A stretch of DNA of 64,000 nt from an uncultured Gammaproteobacteria bacterium (GTDB lineage: Bacteria; Patescibacteriota; Microgenomatia; Levybacterales; UBA12049): NCBI GenBank assembly GCA_964540055.1, contig CAZILC010000001.1:40045-104044 (forward strand). Reading direction: 5' to 3'. Positions 44,813 through 53,681 of this stretch are shown in pieces; the first letter of the stretch is position 1, and each line of letters starts with the position of its first letter. The position numbers were made by a program, and so were the translations under genes. The notes under the pieces are model-generated. The model was not told where the DNA came from. It worked only from the letters and a program-made list of their open reading frames with translations, and ran no database searches.

Positions 44813-45622
44813 ATGGACTACACACCCTTTATTTCTTCTGTCCTTTCTAAAGCTTCAGAGATAAGCATAAATAACTTTGGGGAAATTCAGGGGGCGACAA
44901 AAGCAGGAGATAATAATCAAGTGTTAACAAAAACAGATCTCGAAGTGGGAAAGTATATCGTTGGAAAAATAAAAGAAGAATACCCGAAACACAATATAAT
45001 TGATGAGGAAGCTGGTGTAATTGATAATAATTCAGAATATACTTGGGTGATTGATCCAATTGATGGTACAAGTAATTTTGCTAGCGCTTCTCAGCTTTTT
45101 GCAACAATTGTTGGCTTGCTCTATCAAGATCAACCTATTGCCGGTGGCATGGTACTTCCCTATTTCAAAGAAATATACACTGCTGAAAAAGGGAAAGGAA
45201 GTTTTTGCAATGGTAAACAAATTCACGTAAGTGAGGAACCAAACATGCTAAACATGTTAATTAGTTATAATGTGGATGGTTTCCAGAATAACCCGGAAAA
45301 AACAGAGTTAGAATCGCACATCATAAAAGATATTATTTTGAACTGCAGAAATTTACGTAGCAGTGGAAGTATGCTTGATTGCATGCTTGTCGCACGCGGC
45401 ACTTATGGTGGTGCACATCATAAAAATACAAAAATCTGGGATGTCGCAGGCACACAAGTTCTCGTTGAAGAAGCAGGAGGAGTATTCACAAACTATAATG
45501 GCGAAAAATTAAACTACAAGGATCACTTACAAAGAGCAAAAGAGCTTTTTCCCTTTTGTGCGGGTACGCCTGAGATCCATAAAAAACTCCAGGAAATCAT
45601 TCACAGATATATAGATAAATAA
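44813..45622 (+). CDS. inositol monophosphatase-family phosphatase (possible IMPase/FBPase)
   Basis: 269 aa. EEAG...WVIDPIDGTSNF and WDVAG motifs. Adjacent to FBA. Confidence 0.8.
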   Translation: MDYTPFISSVLSKASEISINNFGEIQGATKAGDNNQVLTKTDLEVGKYIVGKIKEEYPKHNIIDEEAGVIDNNSEYTWVIDPIDGTSNFASASQLFATIVGLLYQDQPIAGGMVLPYFKEIYTAEKGKGSFCNGKQIHVSEEPNMLNMLISYNVDGFQNNPEKTELESHIIKDIILNCRNLRSSGSMLDCMLVARGTYGGAHHKNTKIWDVAGTQVLVEEAGGVFTNYNGEKLNYKDHLQRAKELFPFCAGTPEIHKKLQEIIHRYIDK

Positions 45623-45624
45623 GT

Positions 45625-46602
45625 TTATTTCACCTTCTCTTCCATCTTTTCTTTCGTCAACAATCCGGCCTGTGCACCGACTTTTCCGACTACCGATGCA
45701 GCATTATAAGAACCCCATTCCATTGCTTCCGACACAGACTTTTTCTGAAATGTAGCAGCAATAAATCCTGCAGTGAACCCATCCCCTGCTCCTGTCCTCT
45801 CCACGACTTCACAATCAAAAATACTCTGGTGATGGAAATCGCCTTTCTCATCCAATGCAAACGAGCCTTGTTTGCCATCGGTAATAACGATAATTTTCGG
45901 ACCTAATTTCTTAATTTTTGTTAGCATCTCTCGTATATAGGTCATTTCATGATCCTGTGTTTCTTTTCCAAACAACAGGAGTTCCGCCTCCTCTTTATTT
46001 ACAAAAAACATTTGTGTCTGTTGTACTACCTCATGTACAAGATCTTTTCCTTCTCTAAGCTGACGGGAACCCGGATTGAATGCTATTTTTGCCTTACATT
46101 TATGTGCGAATTCAAGTGCAGTTCTATATGGTTTTTCCCAAACATTGCCAAGACTTGTAATATATACCATATCTGTTGTGAAGTCCTGGAAATCAAATTC
46201 GTGTTTGCGGGTTACATCTTCAACAAAAAGCGTTCTGTCACCTTTGAAATTTATAATAACTGAAAAATTTGAAGGACCACTCACCTGATGAACCAACACG
46301 CGCTCAACATGTTCATTTGCAAGACAATTACGGATCTTCAGAGAAAATTCATCATCGCCTGTTTCGGTACACAGTGTAGCTTTAACTCCCAATCTTGATA
46401 ACCCAACCGCTACATTTGTCGCATTCCCGCCAATCGCAAAATCATACCGGTCAACGTCAATTTTTTCTCCAAACCGAAAACACAACCCGCCGCTTGCTTT
46501 ATCCAGATGCACATCCGACTTAGCGTGCGCCATAGTCATAAAAGCATCAATCGTCGATTCTCCAACAGTTATTACATTATAATGCCGATGTGGTTCTTCC
46601 AT
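45625..46602 (-). CDS. PfkB-family carbohydrate kinase
   Basis: 325 aa. GGNATNVAVGLSRLG and the C-terminal TGAGDGFTAGF motif. Confidence 0.8.
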   Translation of the reverse strand: MEEPHRHYNVITVGESTIDAFMTMAHAKSDVHLDKASGGLCFRFGEKIDVDRYDFAIGGNATNVAVGLSRLGVKATLCTETGDDEFSLKIRNCLANEHVERVLVHQVSGPSNFSVIINFKGDRTLFVEDVTRKHEFDFQDFTTDMVYITSLGNVWEKPYRTALEFAHKCKAKIAFNPGSRQLREGKDLVHEVVQQTQMFFVNKEEAELLLFGKETQDHEMTYIREMLTKIKKLGPKIIVITDGKQGSFALDEKGDFHHQSIFDCEVVERTGAGDGFTAGFIAATFQKKSVSEAMEWGSYNAASVVGKVGAQAGLLTKEKMEEKVK

Positions 46603-46666
46603 ACTATACTCTAGCGTAGCATTTGGAAAAATAAAATGTCAAAGAGGAAAATTACCAGTCAAATCG

Positions 46667-47317
46667 TTAACGTTTTCCGGCCTGACCACGGGGTTGTATT
46701 TGCGGTAAAATTGGGGGAAATAACTGTGCAGGCTGAATTTTTGGTACTTCTGCCGGGACATGTCCCGGAACATCAAATCGAAATGATGGATTGATAAAAT
46801 CACCGAAAAGCCCAATGAGCATTTTTGCTCCAAATTTTGCTTGATCAGTTCTAAATCCATTTACTAAATTTCTTAACTCATCATTTCCAGTCGTTACAAC
46901 GTCGAACCAGCGATTAAGTTTGTCAGGTCTAACGCGCATATGTGCAGTAAAATCACCAGCTCTGGGAATCGTTATTTCAGGAAGCTTTTCCCCTTTTGCT
47001 TCAACCGGAATTCTCAAAACCCTGTGCGCAGCGGCGATACCTAACGTTCTTGATATGGCCAAAGTCCTATCATCGTGATCATCATACCAGGTATGTGACG
47101 CTTGATCATAAAGGTACTTGGCTCCGTCTCTCATATGGGATTTTTCACTAGCTCGTATGTCTTCCTTTTTCGCTAGAGCGACAACTTCAGCATTTAATTC
47201 CGCCGTAAATTGGAGCCATAAAGCATCAGGTGGAGGTTCAACCCGATGAATACCGTACAATTCTAATTGAGGATGCAGCATAACCGCAAGCTCACTCTCA
47301 AGTCCTCTACCAGCCAT
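46667..47317 (-). CDS. hypothetical protein (ORFan C)
   Basis: 216 aa intact ORF with its own extended -10 promoter. Pro/Gln-rich C-terminal tail. No family recognised. Confidence 0.5.
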   Translation of the reverse strand: MAGRGLESELAVMLHPQLELYGIHRVEPPPDALWLQFTAELNAEVVALAKKEDIRASEKSHMRDGAKYLYDQASHTWYDDHDDRTLAISRTLGIAAAHRVLRIPVEAKGEKLPEITIPRAGDFTAHMRVRPDKLNRWFDVVTTGNDELRNLVNGFRTDQAKFGAKMLIGLFGDFINPSFRFDVPGHVPAEVPKIQPAQLFPPILPQIQPRGQAGKR

Positions 47318-47326
47318 GGTAGAGCC

Positions 47327-47336
47327 ATTATAACAA
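47327..47336 (-). promoter_or_regulatory. extended -10 promoter TGtTATAAT, with the ATG 9 nt downstream
   Basis: Minus-strand read: ttTGTTATAATggctctaccATG (ATG at 47317). Confidence 0.55.
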
Positions 47337-47364
47337 AATATGGCTAATATACAATAAAAACGTT

Positions 47365-47392
47365 TTGCAATTCTCCGGCTGATCCTTATAAT
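47365..47392 (+). promoter_or_regulatory. promoter: TTGCAA-16-TATAAT, with the ATG 6 nt downstream
   Basis: TTGCAA at 47365..47370, TATAAT at 47387..47392, ggaaca, ATG at 47399. Confidence 0.6.
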
Positions 47393-47398
47393 GGAACA

Positions 47399-48601
47399 AT
47401 GATCCGGCTATTTAAAATTTTTTTGGGGTTGATGGTGGTACTCTACGTTATTTGGTTTTATTTTAGTAAAACCTATCCCCAAACTCCATTTCAAACTTCT
47501 ATTCTCTATTTCCTGGAACATAGTTATACACCTCATGTCGATTATAAAAATTATGTCATTGGCTTTTTGCCCTATTGGAAGATGGATCAAATACAAAATA
47601 TTGAGCCAAATAAACTATCCGAGCTTAATTATTTTAGCCTCTCTGTTGGACCAGATGGCCATTTGCTAACAGTAACCAACGGTCAGGCTGATCCAGGCTG
47701 GAACAGCTGGACCAAACAATCAACGAAAGACTTTCTCACTAAATCTAAAATTATGGGAGCAAAAGTTACCGTTACTATTGCAGCTCAGGACAATCAGCTC
47801 ATTGATAATATCCTCAATAATAATTCATTCCAACAAAATCTCATCTCAGATATCCTTAAGCAAGTAAAAGTAAACAAACTCGACGGCATTAACATAGATT
47901 TTGAATATACCGGCGAGCCAGATGACACTCTCCCGCCGAAATTCACCTATTTCAGTAAGAGACTCTCAACCGCGCTTAAAAACCAGGATCCAAATGCGCA
48001 GTTATCTCTAAGTATCATGCCACTATCCGCACGAAATAAAGATTTGTATATCTTCGAGCAGCTAGTGCCGATATATGATCGATTCATTGGGATGTCTTAC
48101 GATTATTATGGACAAAGTTCTGATATTGCCGGACCCGTTGCACCGATGAATGGATTCAAAGACAATACGTATTTCTTTGATGTAACCACCACTTATTTTG
48201 ACTACCTCAAGTATATCCCGAAAAGCAAACTTGTTATGGGAGTTCCCACCTACGGCTGGGAGTGGGCAGTTACTAACGGATCGGTTAAAAACAGCAGAAC
48301 ATATGCCTCAACGAGTCCAAATAGCTATGCCGCAGTCATATCATATGCGCGTGCTCGTGAAGACACCGATCTCAAACCTGCACAATGCAACTGGGATACT
48401 ATATCAGAAGAGACATGGTGCTGGTTTACTGATAAGCAAACTGGTATTGATCATCAAGTATGGATCGCTGATAATCGAATGCTCCAATCCCGATTTGATT
48501 TTGCCAATAAATACAACCTAGGAATAGCTTTATGGACAGTGGGACTTGATAAAAATTACCCGGATATTTGGGACAAACTTAATGCCACTTTTGGAAATTA
48601 A
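47399..48601 (+). CDS. glycoside hydrolase family 18 protein, membrane-anchored
   Basis: 400 aa. N-terminal TM helix. Catalytic DGINIDFEY (DxxDxDxE) motif. Confidence 0.8.
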   Translation: MIRLFKIFLGLMVVLYVIWFYFSKTYPQTPFQTSILYFLEHSYTPHVDYKNYVIGFLPYWKMDQIQNIEPNKLSELNYFSLSVGPDGHLLTVTNGQADPGWNSWTKQSTKDFLTKSKIMGAKVTVTIAAQDNQLIDNILNNNSFQQNLISDILKQVKVNKLDGINIDFEYTGEPDDTLPPKFTYFSKRLSTALKNQDPNAQLSLSIMPLSARNKDLYIFEQLVPIYDRFIGMSYDYYGQSSDIAGPVAPMNGFKDNTYFFDVTTTYFDYLKYIPKSKLVMGVPTYGWEWAVTNGSVKNSRTYASTSPNSYAAVISYARAREDTDLKPAQCNWDTISEETWCWFTDKQTGIDHQVWIADNRMLQSRFDFANKYNLGIALWTVGLDKNYPDIWDKLNATFGN

Positions 48602-48637
48602 GTCTTCTTTTGTATTACTATGACCTTTTTTGTCATC

Positions 48638-48666
48638 TTGACGAAGCTCTACAATAATGATTATAT
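48638..48666 (+). promoter_or_regulatory. promoter: TTGACG-17-TTATAT, with the ATG 6 nt downstream
   Basis: TTGACG at 48638..48643, TTATAT at 48661..48666, aaacag, ATG at 48673. Confidence 0.6.
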
Positions 48667-48672
48667 AAACAG

Positions 48673-49531
48673 ATGAGATTATTCTCGAGAATTTTTCTCC
48701 TCTTCTCTTAGTCTACGCCCTAGGCGTAGTTATTTTTATTTCCGGTAGAGAACTACAGACTGCCAGAACAGCAACAAATGGTACAAACGTTGTTATCTCA
48801 CAAGTGCAAATAACCGGAATTAAAGCAAACGACGAATTTGTTGAACTCTTTAATCCGACAAATTCCGCGATCGATCTTACCGCATGGCGGGTTCAAAGAA
48901 GAACCGCAAGTATAAGCGCTACAACAGCCAATCTTGTTGCGAGTCTTTCAGGTATAATTGCGCCCGTGGCTATTATCTTATTACCTCAAAAGAATCCCCT
49001 GCCAGTGGTTCTGCTGACAAAGTATATAGTACCTCAAATCATATTGCAGCAAATAATACCGTCCTCTTATTTAGTGATGCAGGTACAACGCTGGTAGACA
49101 AACTTGGATTGGGAACAGCTCAAGACAATGAAACCGCTTCTTTTACCACCAATCCAACTGCCGGACAAAGTGTTATTCGAAAAGCATTTTCCAATTCAAC
49201 TGCAATTTCCCTTGCCCCTGGGGGAGCTGATGTTTTATTTGGAAACGGCTTTGATACCGATGATAATGCAACAGATTTTGTTTTACTGACTTCAGCAAAT
49301 CCAAGAAATGCATCGAGTCCGGCTGCAGAATTAACTCCTACGCCAACAATTGCAACACCTACGCCAACTCCTACGTTAACTCCAACACCTACTCCAACTT
49401 CCGAAATAATTGTAAATGAACCTGTTAGACCTGGTGTGAGATTTATCTGCGAACAAACCAATCATGTAATTACCATTGCAGGTTTCCATTTCTCGATCCC
49501 CAGCATCCAGTGTCATTTTGTCCGCGAATAA
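48673..49531 (+). pseudogene. lamin-tail-domain (LTD) exoprotein gene interrupted by two -1 frame changes
   Basis: ATG 48673 (MRLFSRIF...) hits a stop after 12 codons. The TM anchor and LTD N-terminal half (…VVISQVQITGIKANDEFVELFNPT...IDLTAWRV) continue in the frame of ORF 48804..49097. The remainder (GYYLITS...VDKLGLG...) is in the frame of ORF 48884..49531. The breaks map to T5 (48692..48696) and C3 (48963..48965). Confidence 0.65.
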
Positions 49532-49643
49532 GCAACTTTTCTTAAAATAAGTGAATGCTACTTGATTCTTACAACCACTTTACCCTGCTCTTAATTTCAT
49601 CCTTTATGATAAAGCCCTGTTATTGAAAGGGGGTGAAAACGAT

Positions 49644-49829
49644 ATGGTAGACAATAAAAGACAACAAGACAATGCACAGGATGAAGATATGGGTCAAATG
49701 GGAGATCAATCTTCCTACTCAGGGCAAAAAGGAGGTCAAGCACAGAGTGATTTCAACTCTGATACTTCCAACACTGGTAGATCAAACGATCCTACAAGTG
49801 ATTCATCACTGAGTGATGAAGATCTCTAA
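49644..49829 (+). CDS. small acidic Ser/Asp/Gln-rich protein (KGG-repeat stress-protein-like, tentative)
   Basis: Start at ATG 49644 (GGGGGTGA 7 nt upstream). Contains SGQKGGQAQS. Low complexity. Confidence 0.4.
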   Translation: MVDNKRQQDNAQDEDMGQMGDQSSYSGQKGGQAQSDFNSDTSNTGRSNDPTSDSSLSDEDL

Positions 49830-49867
49830 AGTATCTTCGCACAATACATAAAATGAAATGAGAGCAA

Positions 49868-49906
49868 GGCAGGTGGTCAATAGGCTACCTGCCAATAGCT
49901 TTTTTT
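49868..49906 (+). terminator. rho-independent terminator
   Basis: GGCAGGT-ggtcaataggct-ACCTGCC followed by aatagcTTTTTTT. Confidence 0.65.
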
Positions 49907-49926
49907 GAATCATAGATATAAGCGAA

Positions 49927-50068
49927 GCATAAAGATTTTTTTCTGTTTCACTAGGGGGCGGACTGAGCTAAAGCGAGGGAGCCCGCCTGCGAGCGTAGCG
50001 AGACAGGGGTGGGAATCTCAAAATAAGGATCAATATCCCGCCTGAAACCAAGAAAAAAATTTTTATGC
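49927..50068 (+). ncRNA. candidate structured RNA or MITE-like element: GC-rich core between 19-20 nt inverted repeats
   Basis: GCATAAAGATTTTTTTCTG (49927..49945) pairs with CAAGAAAAAAATTTTTATGC (50049..50068); this gives an 18-bp helix containing one G-U that exists only on the plus strand. The core holds hairpins GGCGG/CCGCC and GGTGGGA/TCCCGCC, the latter also with a plus-strand G-U. Confidence 0.3.
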
Positions 50069-50124
50069 GTAGCTTTACGCTACACAACATCCAAACTCAG
50101 CTAAAAATTCATATTTCAAACTCA

Positions 50125-50138
50125 TGGTATGCTAAGAT
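50125..50138 (+). promoter_or_regulatory. PBP promoter: TGgTATGCT or TAAGAT -10 candidates, 7-12 nt upstream of ATG 50146
   Basis: catGGTATGCTAAGATagagtatATG. Confidence 0.45.
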
Positions 50139-50145
50139 AGAGTAT

Positions 50146-52419
50146 ATGCATCCCCGCTCAAGACTTCGGAGACGTTCCGTCACCGACTTTAAATTTAAAA
50201 ATAAGACTGCAAAAAAATCCAAACCAGGTATAAAAACTTCTATTAAAAACATCTTTAAAAATAAAAGGCGTAAATTGCTTTATGTTTTTCTCATTTTCCT
50301 CCTCATCATGCTTCTTATTCCACCTGCAACCTATTTATATTTCGCGAAAGATCTGAAAAGTAAAGACAGTGTCATGAATCGTCAGCAGACAGGACTCACA
50401 CTCATGGACAGAGACGGTCAAATTTTTTATACCTTTGATCTGGCAAAATCATTTACCTATATTCCAATTTCAGACATCCCCAAAACAGCACAGGACGGCG
50501 CAGTCGCAACCGAAGACAAAAATTTCTATACCAATCCTGGATTTTCCGTAACCGGTATTGCAAGAGCGTTTCTGACGGATATATTCGCTGGAAAAGTTAT
50601 AGAAGGAGGATCGACAATCACTCAGGAACTTGCGAAAAATGCTTTCCTGAGTCAATCCAGAAACGTCCTTCGGAAATATCAGGAGCTTGTACTTGCAGCA
50701 GAGCTCAATCGAAAATTCAGCAAGCAGGATATCCTGGAAATGTATCTTAATTCTGTTTATTTTGGTGAAGGAGCTTTCGGAATCCAAAACGCAGCCGAGG
50801 CATATTTTGGTAAACCCGCAAAAGATCTGGATTTAGCCGAATCGGCTCTTCTTATCGGTGTTCTTCCAGCTCCATCAGTCTATTCTCCTCTTTCCAATCC
50901 GCCGGACAAAGCTCTCCAGCGTCAGCACATTGTACTTTCGGAGATGGTTCAGGATGGATATATCACACAAAGCGACGCCGATGCTGCAGAAAATGAAACA
51001 TTGAAATACAATCCAAACAAATCAACACTCGATAATTTCATTGCGCCGCATTTCGCAATGTATGTCCGTGATCAATTATACAAACAGTATGGCGAGGAAC
51101 GCGTTATCCGAGACGGTTTCCGGGTCACTACAACGCTTGACCGAGATCTACAAACGTTTGCCGAAGGATCTGTTAAAACCCAGGTAACACGACTTACCTA
51201 CAATCACGCAAGTAACGGCGCTGCAGTTGCTTTGGATCCCAAAAACGGTCAGATCCTCGCCATGGTCGGCAGTTATAATTTTTATGATCCGAAATTTGGC
51301 CAAACCAATATGGGCCTCACTCCCCGCCAGCCGGGTTCATCATTCAAACCCATCATCTATGGCCGGGCTATTGATGACAGACTCATTACACCTGCGACAA
51401 TTCTTAAAGATGTGAAGACAACGTTTGATGGCGGATATACGCCGCACGATTACGATCAGCGTTATCGTGGTGATGTAACAGTGCGTCGGGCACTCGCGAA
51501 TTCTCTTAACATTCCAGCTGTTGAAGTTATGCAAATGGTCGGTACCGGGAACGGGCTTAATCAGGCACAGAAATTCGGCATCGATACACTTGATCCCAAT
51601 CACAATTACGGTTTATCTCTCGTCCTTGGCTCAGGCGAAGTGCCACTTCTTGAAATGACTGATGCTTATGCAGTTTTTGCCGCACAAGGTGTGTATCATA
51701 AAACAAATGACGTCATCTCAATTAAAGATAAATATGGCAATACTGTCCAAGCACCTTCTAATTTCTTTTCCTTCCTTGATGTATTAAATCCGATGAACTT
51801 AATTAATCCCTCCGCACAGAATGGCAGTCAAGTTATGAGTAAAGAAGCTGCATATCTTATCACATCGATACTATCAGATAACAATACGCGTGCGGAAGAA
51901 TTTGATGGTGCTCTTACTATCAATCGGCCTGCAGCTGTGAAGACAGGTACAACAGAAGACTTTCGCGATGCGCTGACAATTGGTTATACACCAAGTCTTG
52001 TTGTAGGTGTCTGGGTTGGTAATAATGACAATACGCCGATGGATAATATCGCAGGATCACTGGGTGCTGCTCCTATCTGGAGAAATATGATGGAAGACTA
52101 CTTGGTGGGTAAACCTGTTGAACAATTCCCCCGTCCGACGTTTATCGTAAGTCAAATAGTCTGCCCGGGCGCTGCAGCCGGGTATCTGCATACCTATACT
52201 GAATACTTCATCTCAGGAACACTAGCCAATTCCTGCGGCCAGCCCACAATCGCGCCAACGTTTACGCCAACTCCGACGAGCAAACTAACGCCAACTCCGA
52301 CAAATAAACCAAATCAACCAACCTCAACACCAGCACCAACGCCTACAACTGCGTTACAATCAACACCGACATCCTCTGCACCCACTATTTCCATCCCTAC
52401 TCCAACGATTCAGTTATAA
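50146..52419 (+). CDS. penicillin-binding protein 1A family (GT51 transglycosylase + transpeptidase), PT-rich C-terminus
   Basis: Start taken at ATG 50146 (MHPRSRLRRR, then a TM helix). EDKNFYTNPGF, GGSTITQELAKN, RKYQE (GT51). GSSFKP (SxxK), KTGTT. Confidence 0.85.
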   Translation: MHPRSRLRRRSVTDFKFKNKTAKKSKPGIKTSIKNIFKNKRRKLLYVFLIFLLIMLLIPPATYLYFAKDLKSKDSVMNRQQTGLTLMDRDGQIFYTFDLAKSFTYIPISDIPKTAQDGAVATEDKNFYTNPGFSVTGIARAFLTDIFAGKVIEGGSTITQELAKNAFLSQSRNVLRKYQELVLAAELNRKFSKQDILEMYLNSVYFGEGAFGIQNAAEAYFGKPAKDLDLAESALLIGVLPAPSVYSPLSNPPDKALQRQHIVLSEMVQDGYITQSDADAAENETLKYNPNKSTLDNFIAPHFAMYVRDQLYKQYGEERVIRDGFRVTTTLDRDLQTFAEGSVKTQVTRLTYNHASNGAAVALDPKNGQILAMVGSYNFYDPKFGQTNMGLTPRQPGSSFKPIIYGRAIDDRLITPATILKDVKTTFDGGYTPHDYDQRYRGDVTVRRALANSLNIPAVEVMQMVGTGNGLNQAQKFGIDTLDPNHNYGLSLVLGSGEVPLLEMTDAYAVFAAQGVYHKTNDVISIKDKYGNTVQAPSNFFSFLDVLNPMNLINPSAQNGSQVMSKEAAYLITSILSDNNTRAEEFDGALTINRPAAVKTGTTEDFRDALTIGYTPSLVVGVWVGNNDNTPMDNIAGSLGAAPIWRNMMEDYLVGKPVEQFPRPTFIVSQIVCPGAAAGYLHTYTEYFISGTLANSCGQPTIAPTFTPTPTSKLTPTPTNKPNQPTSTPAPTPTTALQSTPTSSAPTISIPTPTIQL

Positions 52420-52426
52420 TAAATTC

Positions 52427-52455
52427 TTGACTTCTTGCCTTTTTTCATTAATGAT
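52427..52455 (+). promoter_or_regulatory. promoter: TTGACT-17-AATGAT, with the ATG 6 nt downstream
   Basis: TTGACT at 52427..52432, AATGAT at 52450..52455, taatct, ATG at 52462. Confidence 0.5.
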
Positions 52456-52461
52456 TAATCT

Positions 52462-52791
52462 ATGGCAAAGAAAAAGAAATTGCCCACCTGGGCAACCACT
52501 GTTACACCGTTTTCCAAATTTCTCGCACTTTGCATTCTTGTTATTTTCCCCATTCTTGGATTTTATTTTGGTATTTATTATCAAAAGCAAATGGATGATT
52601 ACAAACAGGATAATGAAATGATCGTGTATAAAACTTCCAACACATGTGCCCAACCACCCGATGGTCAAGTCGCATGCCGCACAAACAAAGATTGTCCTTC
52701 AAATTATTACTGTGGTCAATCAGGCCCAATGCGCGCAGACAAACAAAATCATAAATCCTGTTTTAAAAATGGCGATGCAATGCCTATGTAA
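52462..52791 (+). CDS. hypothetical membrane-anchored Cys-rich small protein
   Basis: 109 aa. TM anchor, then an ectodomain with 6 Cys (CAQPPDGQVACRTNKDCPSNYYCGQ...SCF). Confidence 0.5.
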   Translation: MAKKKKLPTWATTVTPFSKFLALCILVIFPILGFYFGIYYQKQMDDYKQDNEMIVYKTSNTCAQPPDGQVACRTNKDCPSNYYCGQSGPMRADKQNHKSCFKNGDAMPM

Positions 52792-52803
52792 AGTAGTCGT
52801 AAA

Positions 52804-53379
52804 CTACGAATGACGACCTCTCAGGTAGAGATTTCCTGAAGCACCCCTTCGTCTAGGTATTACTCTAGCCTCCTGTAATCTGCCAATGCCACTAGGTGTC
52901 GTTTGAAAACCCATATCTTGAAACACTGCTATTCTACCCGGTTCTTTGACATTTCGTGACAAAACCACAATATCTCCAGCGGGCTGCAACAAGCCAGTTT
53001 CCAATAGCTGATCTCTAGTTTCGTAAATGCTAGCTAGTGAATGGCTATCACCTCCTGAATCAAGCATTACGGCACCTGTATAAATATCCATAGCTGTCGT
53101 TGGCCTAGCTGCCATATAAAGAGTAAAAGGGCCATAATCTCCTCTTGCTAAATCTGCATCAAAAGCTCTTCCCACCCTTTCAATTCCGCCTGCTGCCAAA
53201 ATTCTTTGCTGTGCGGAGGAATATCTTGTTTTCCCGTCATCAGAGACAAGTGCTGTGACAAAGCGTGATGTATGACGCGATTGTTCGGAGGGTGGATTAA
53301 ACCACGAACTTGCAGCCGGATACATTTCCGCTGCTTTTACAGTATCAATAGTTAATATATCGGATTCAAATTCTGCCAT
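52804..53379 (-). CDS. hypothetical protein (ORFan D)
   Basis: 191 aa intact ORF. Basic C-terminus RRRGASGNLYLRGRHS. No family recognised. Confidence 0.45.
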   Translation of the reverse strand: MAEFESDILTIDTVKAAEMYPAASSWFNPPSEQSRHTSRFVTALVSDDGKTRYSSAQQRILAAGGIERVGRAFDADLARGDYGPFTLYMAARPTTAMDIYTGAVMLDSGGDSHSLASIYETRDQLLETGLLQPAGDIVVLSRNVKEPGRIAVFQDMGFQTTPSGIGRLQEARVIPRRRGASGNLYLRGRHS

Positions 53380-53597
53380 AGGTATTTTAGGTAACTCTAT
53401 TCTTACTATATAGGGATGAATTTTGTGTATAGTATTGGTAAAAGGTCTGTAAAAGATTTGTCAAAAATCGACAACTTAGGTATTTTTTAAAAAAACATTT
53501 GTTAAACAACGCAATTCGCTCAACAGCAATCTTTGTAAGAAAATGTTCGCATTATTTCTAATCCTTATCGTAGCCTCAAATTTCGAGCCTGATCAGC

Positions 53598-53626
53598 TTG
53601 ACTTACTTGCCTAAAATAATTAGAGT
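53598..53626 (+). promoter_or_regulatory. promoter: TTGACT-17-TAGAGT, with a ~50-nt leader containing tandem CCGTAAGA
   Basis: TTGACT at 53598..53603, TAGAGT at 53621..53626. CCGTAAGA at 53638..53645 and 53649..53656. ATG at 53682. Confidence 0.5.
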
Positions 53627-53681
53627 AAATCATAGATCCGTAAGAATCCCGTAAGACGAGATTCACAGAATTTATCTCTTT

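Noticed and set aside
50065-50145. N-terminal extension of the PBP1A ORF (ATG 50065)
   Set aside because: That ATG lies inside the right inverted repeat of the intergenic element. The extension (MRSFTLHNIQTQLKIH...) precedes the expected basic-then-TM N-terminus, and a -10 box sits just upstream of ATG 50146.
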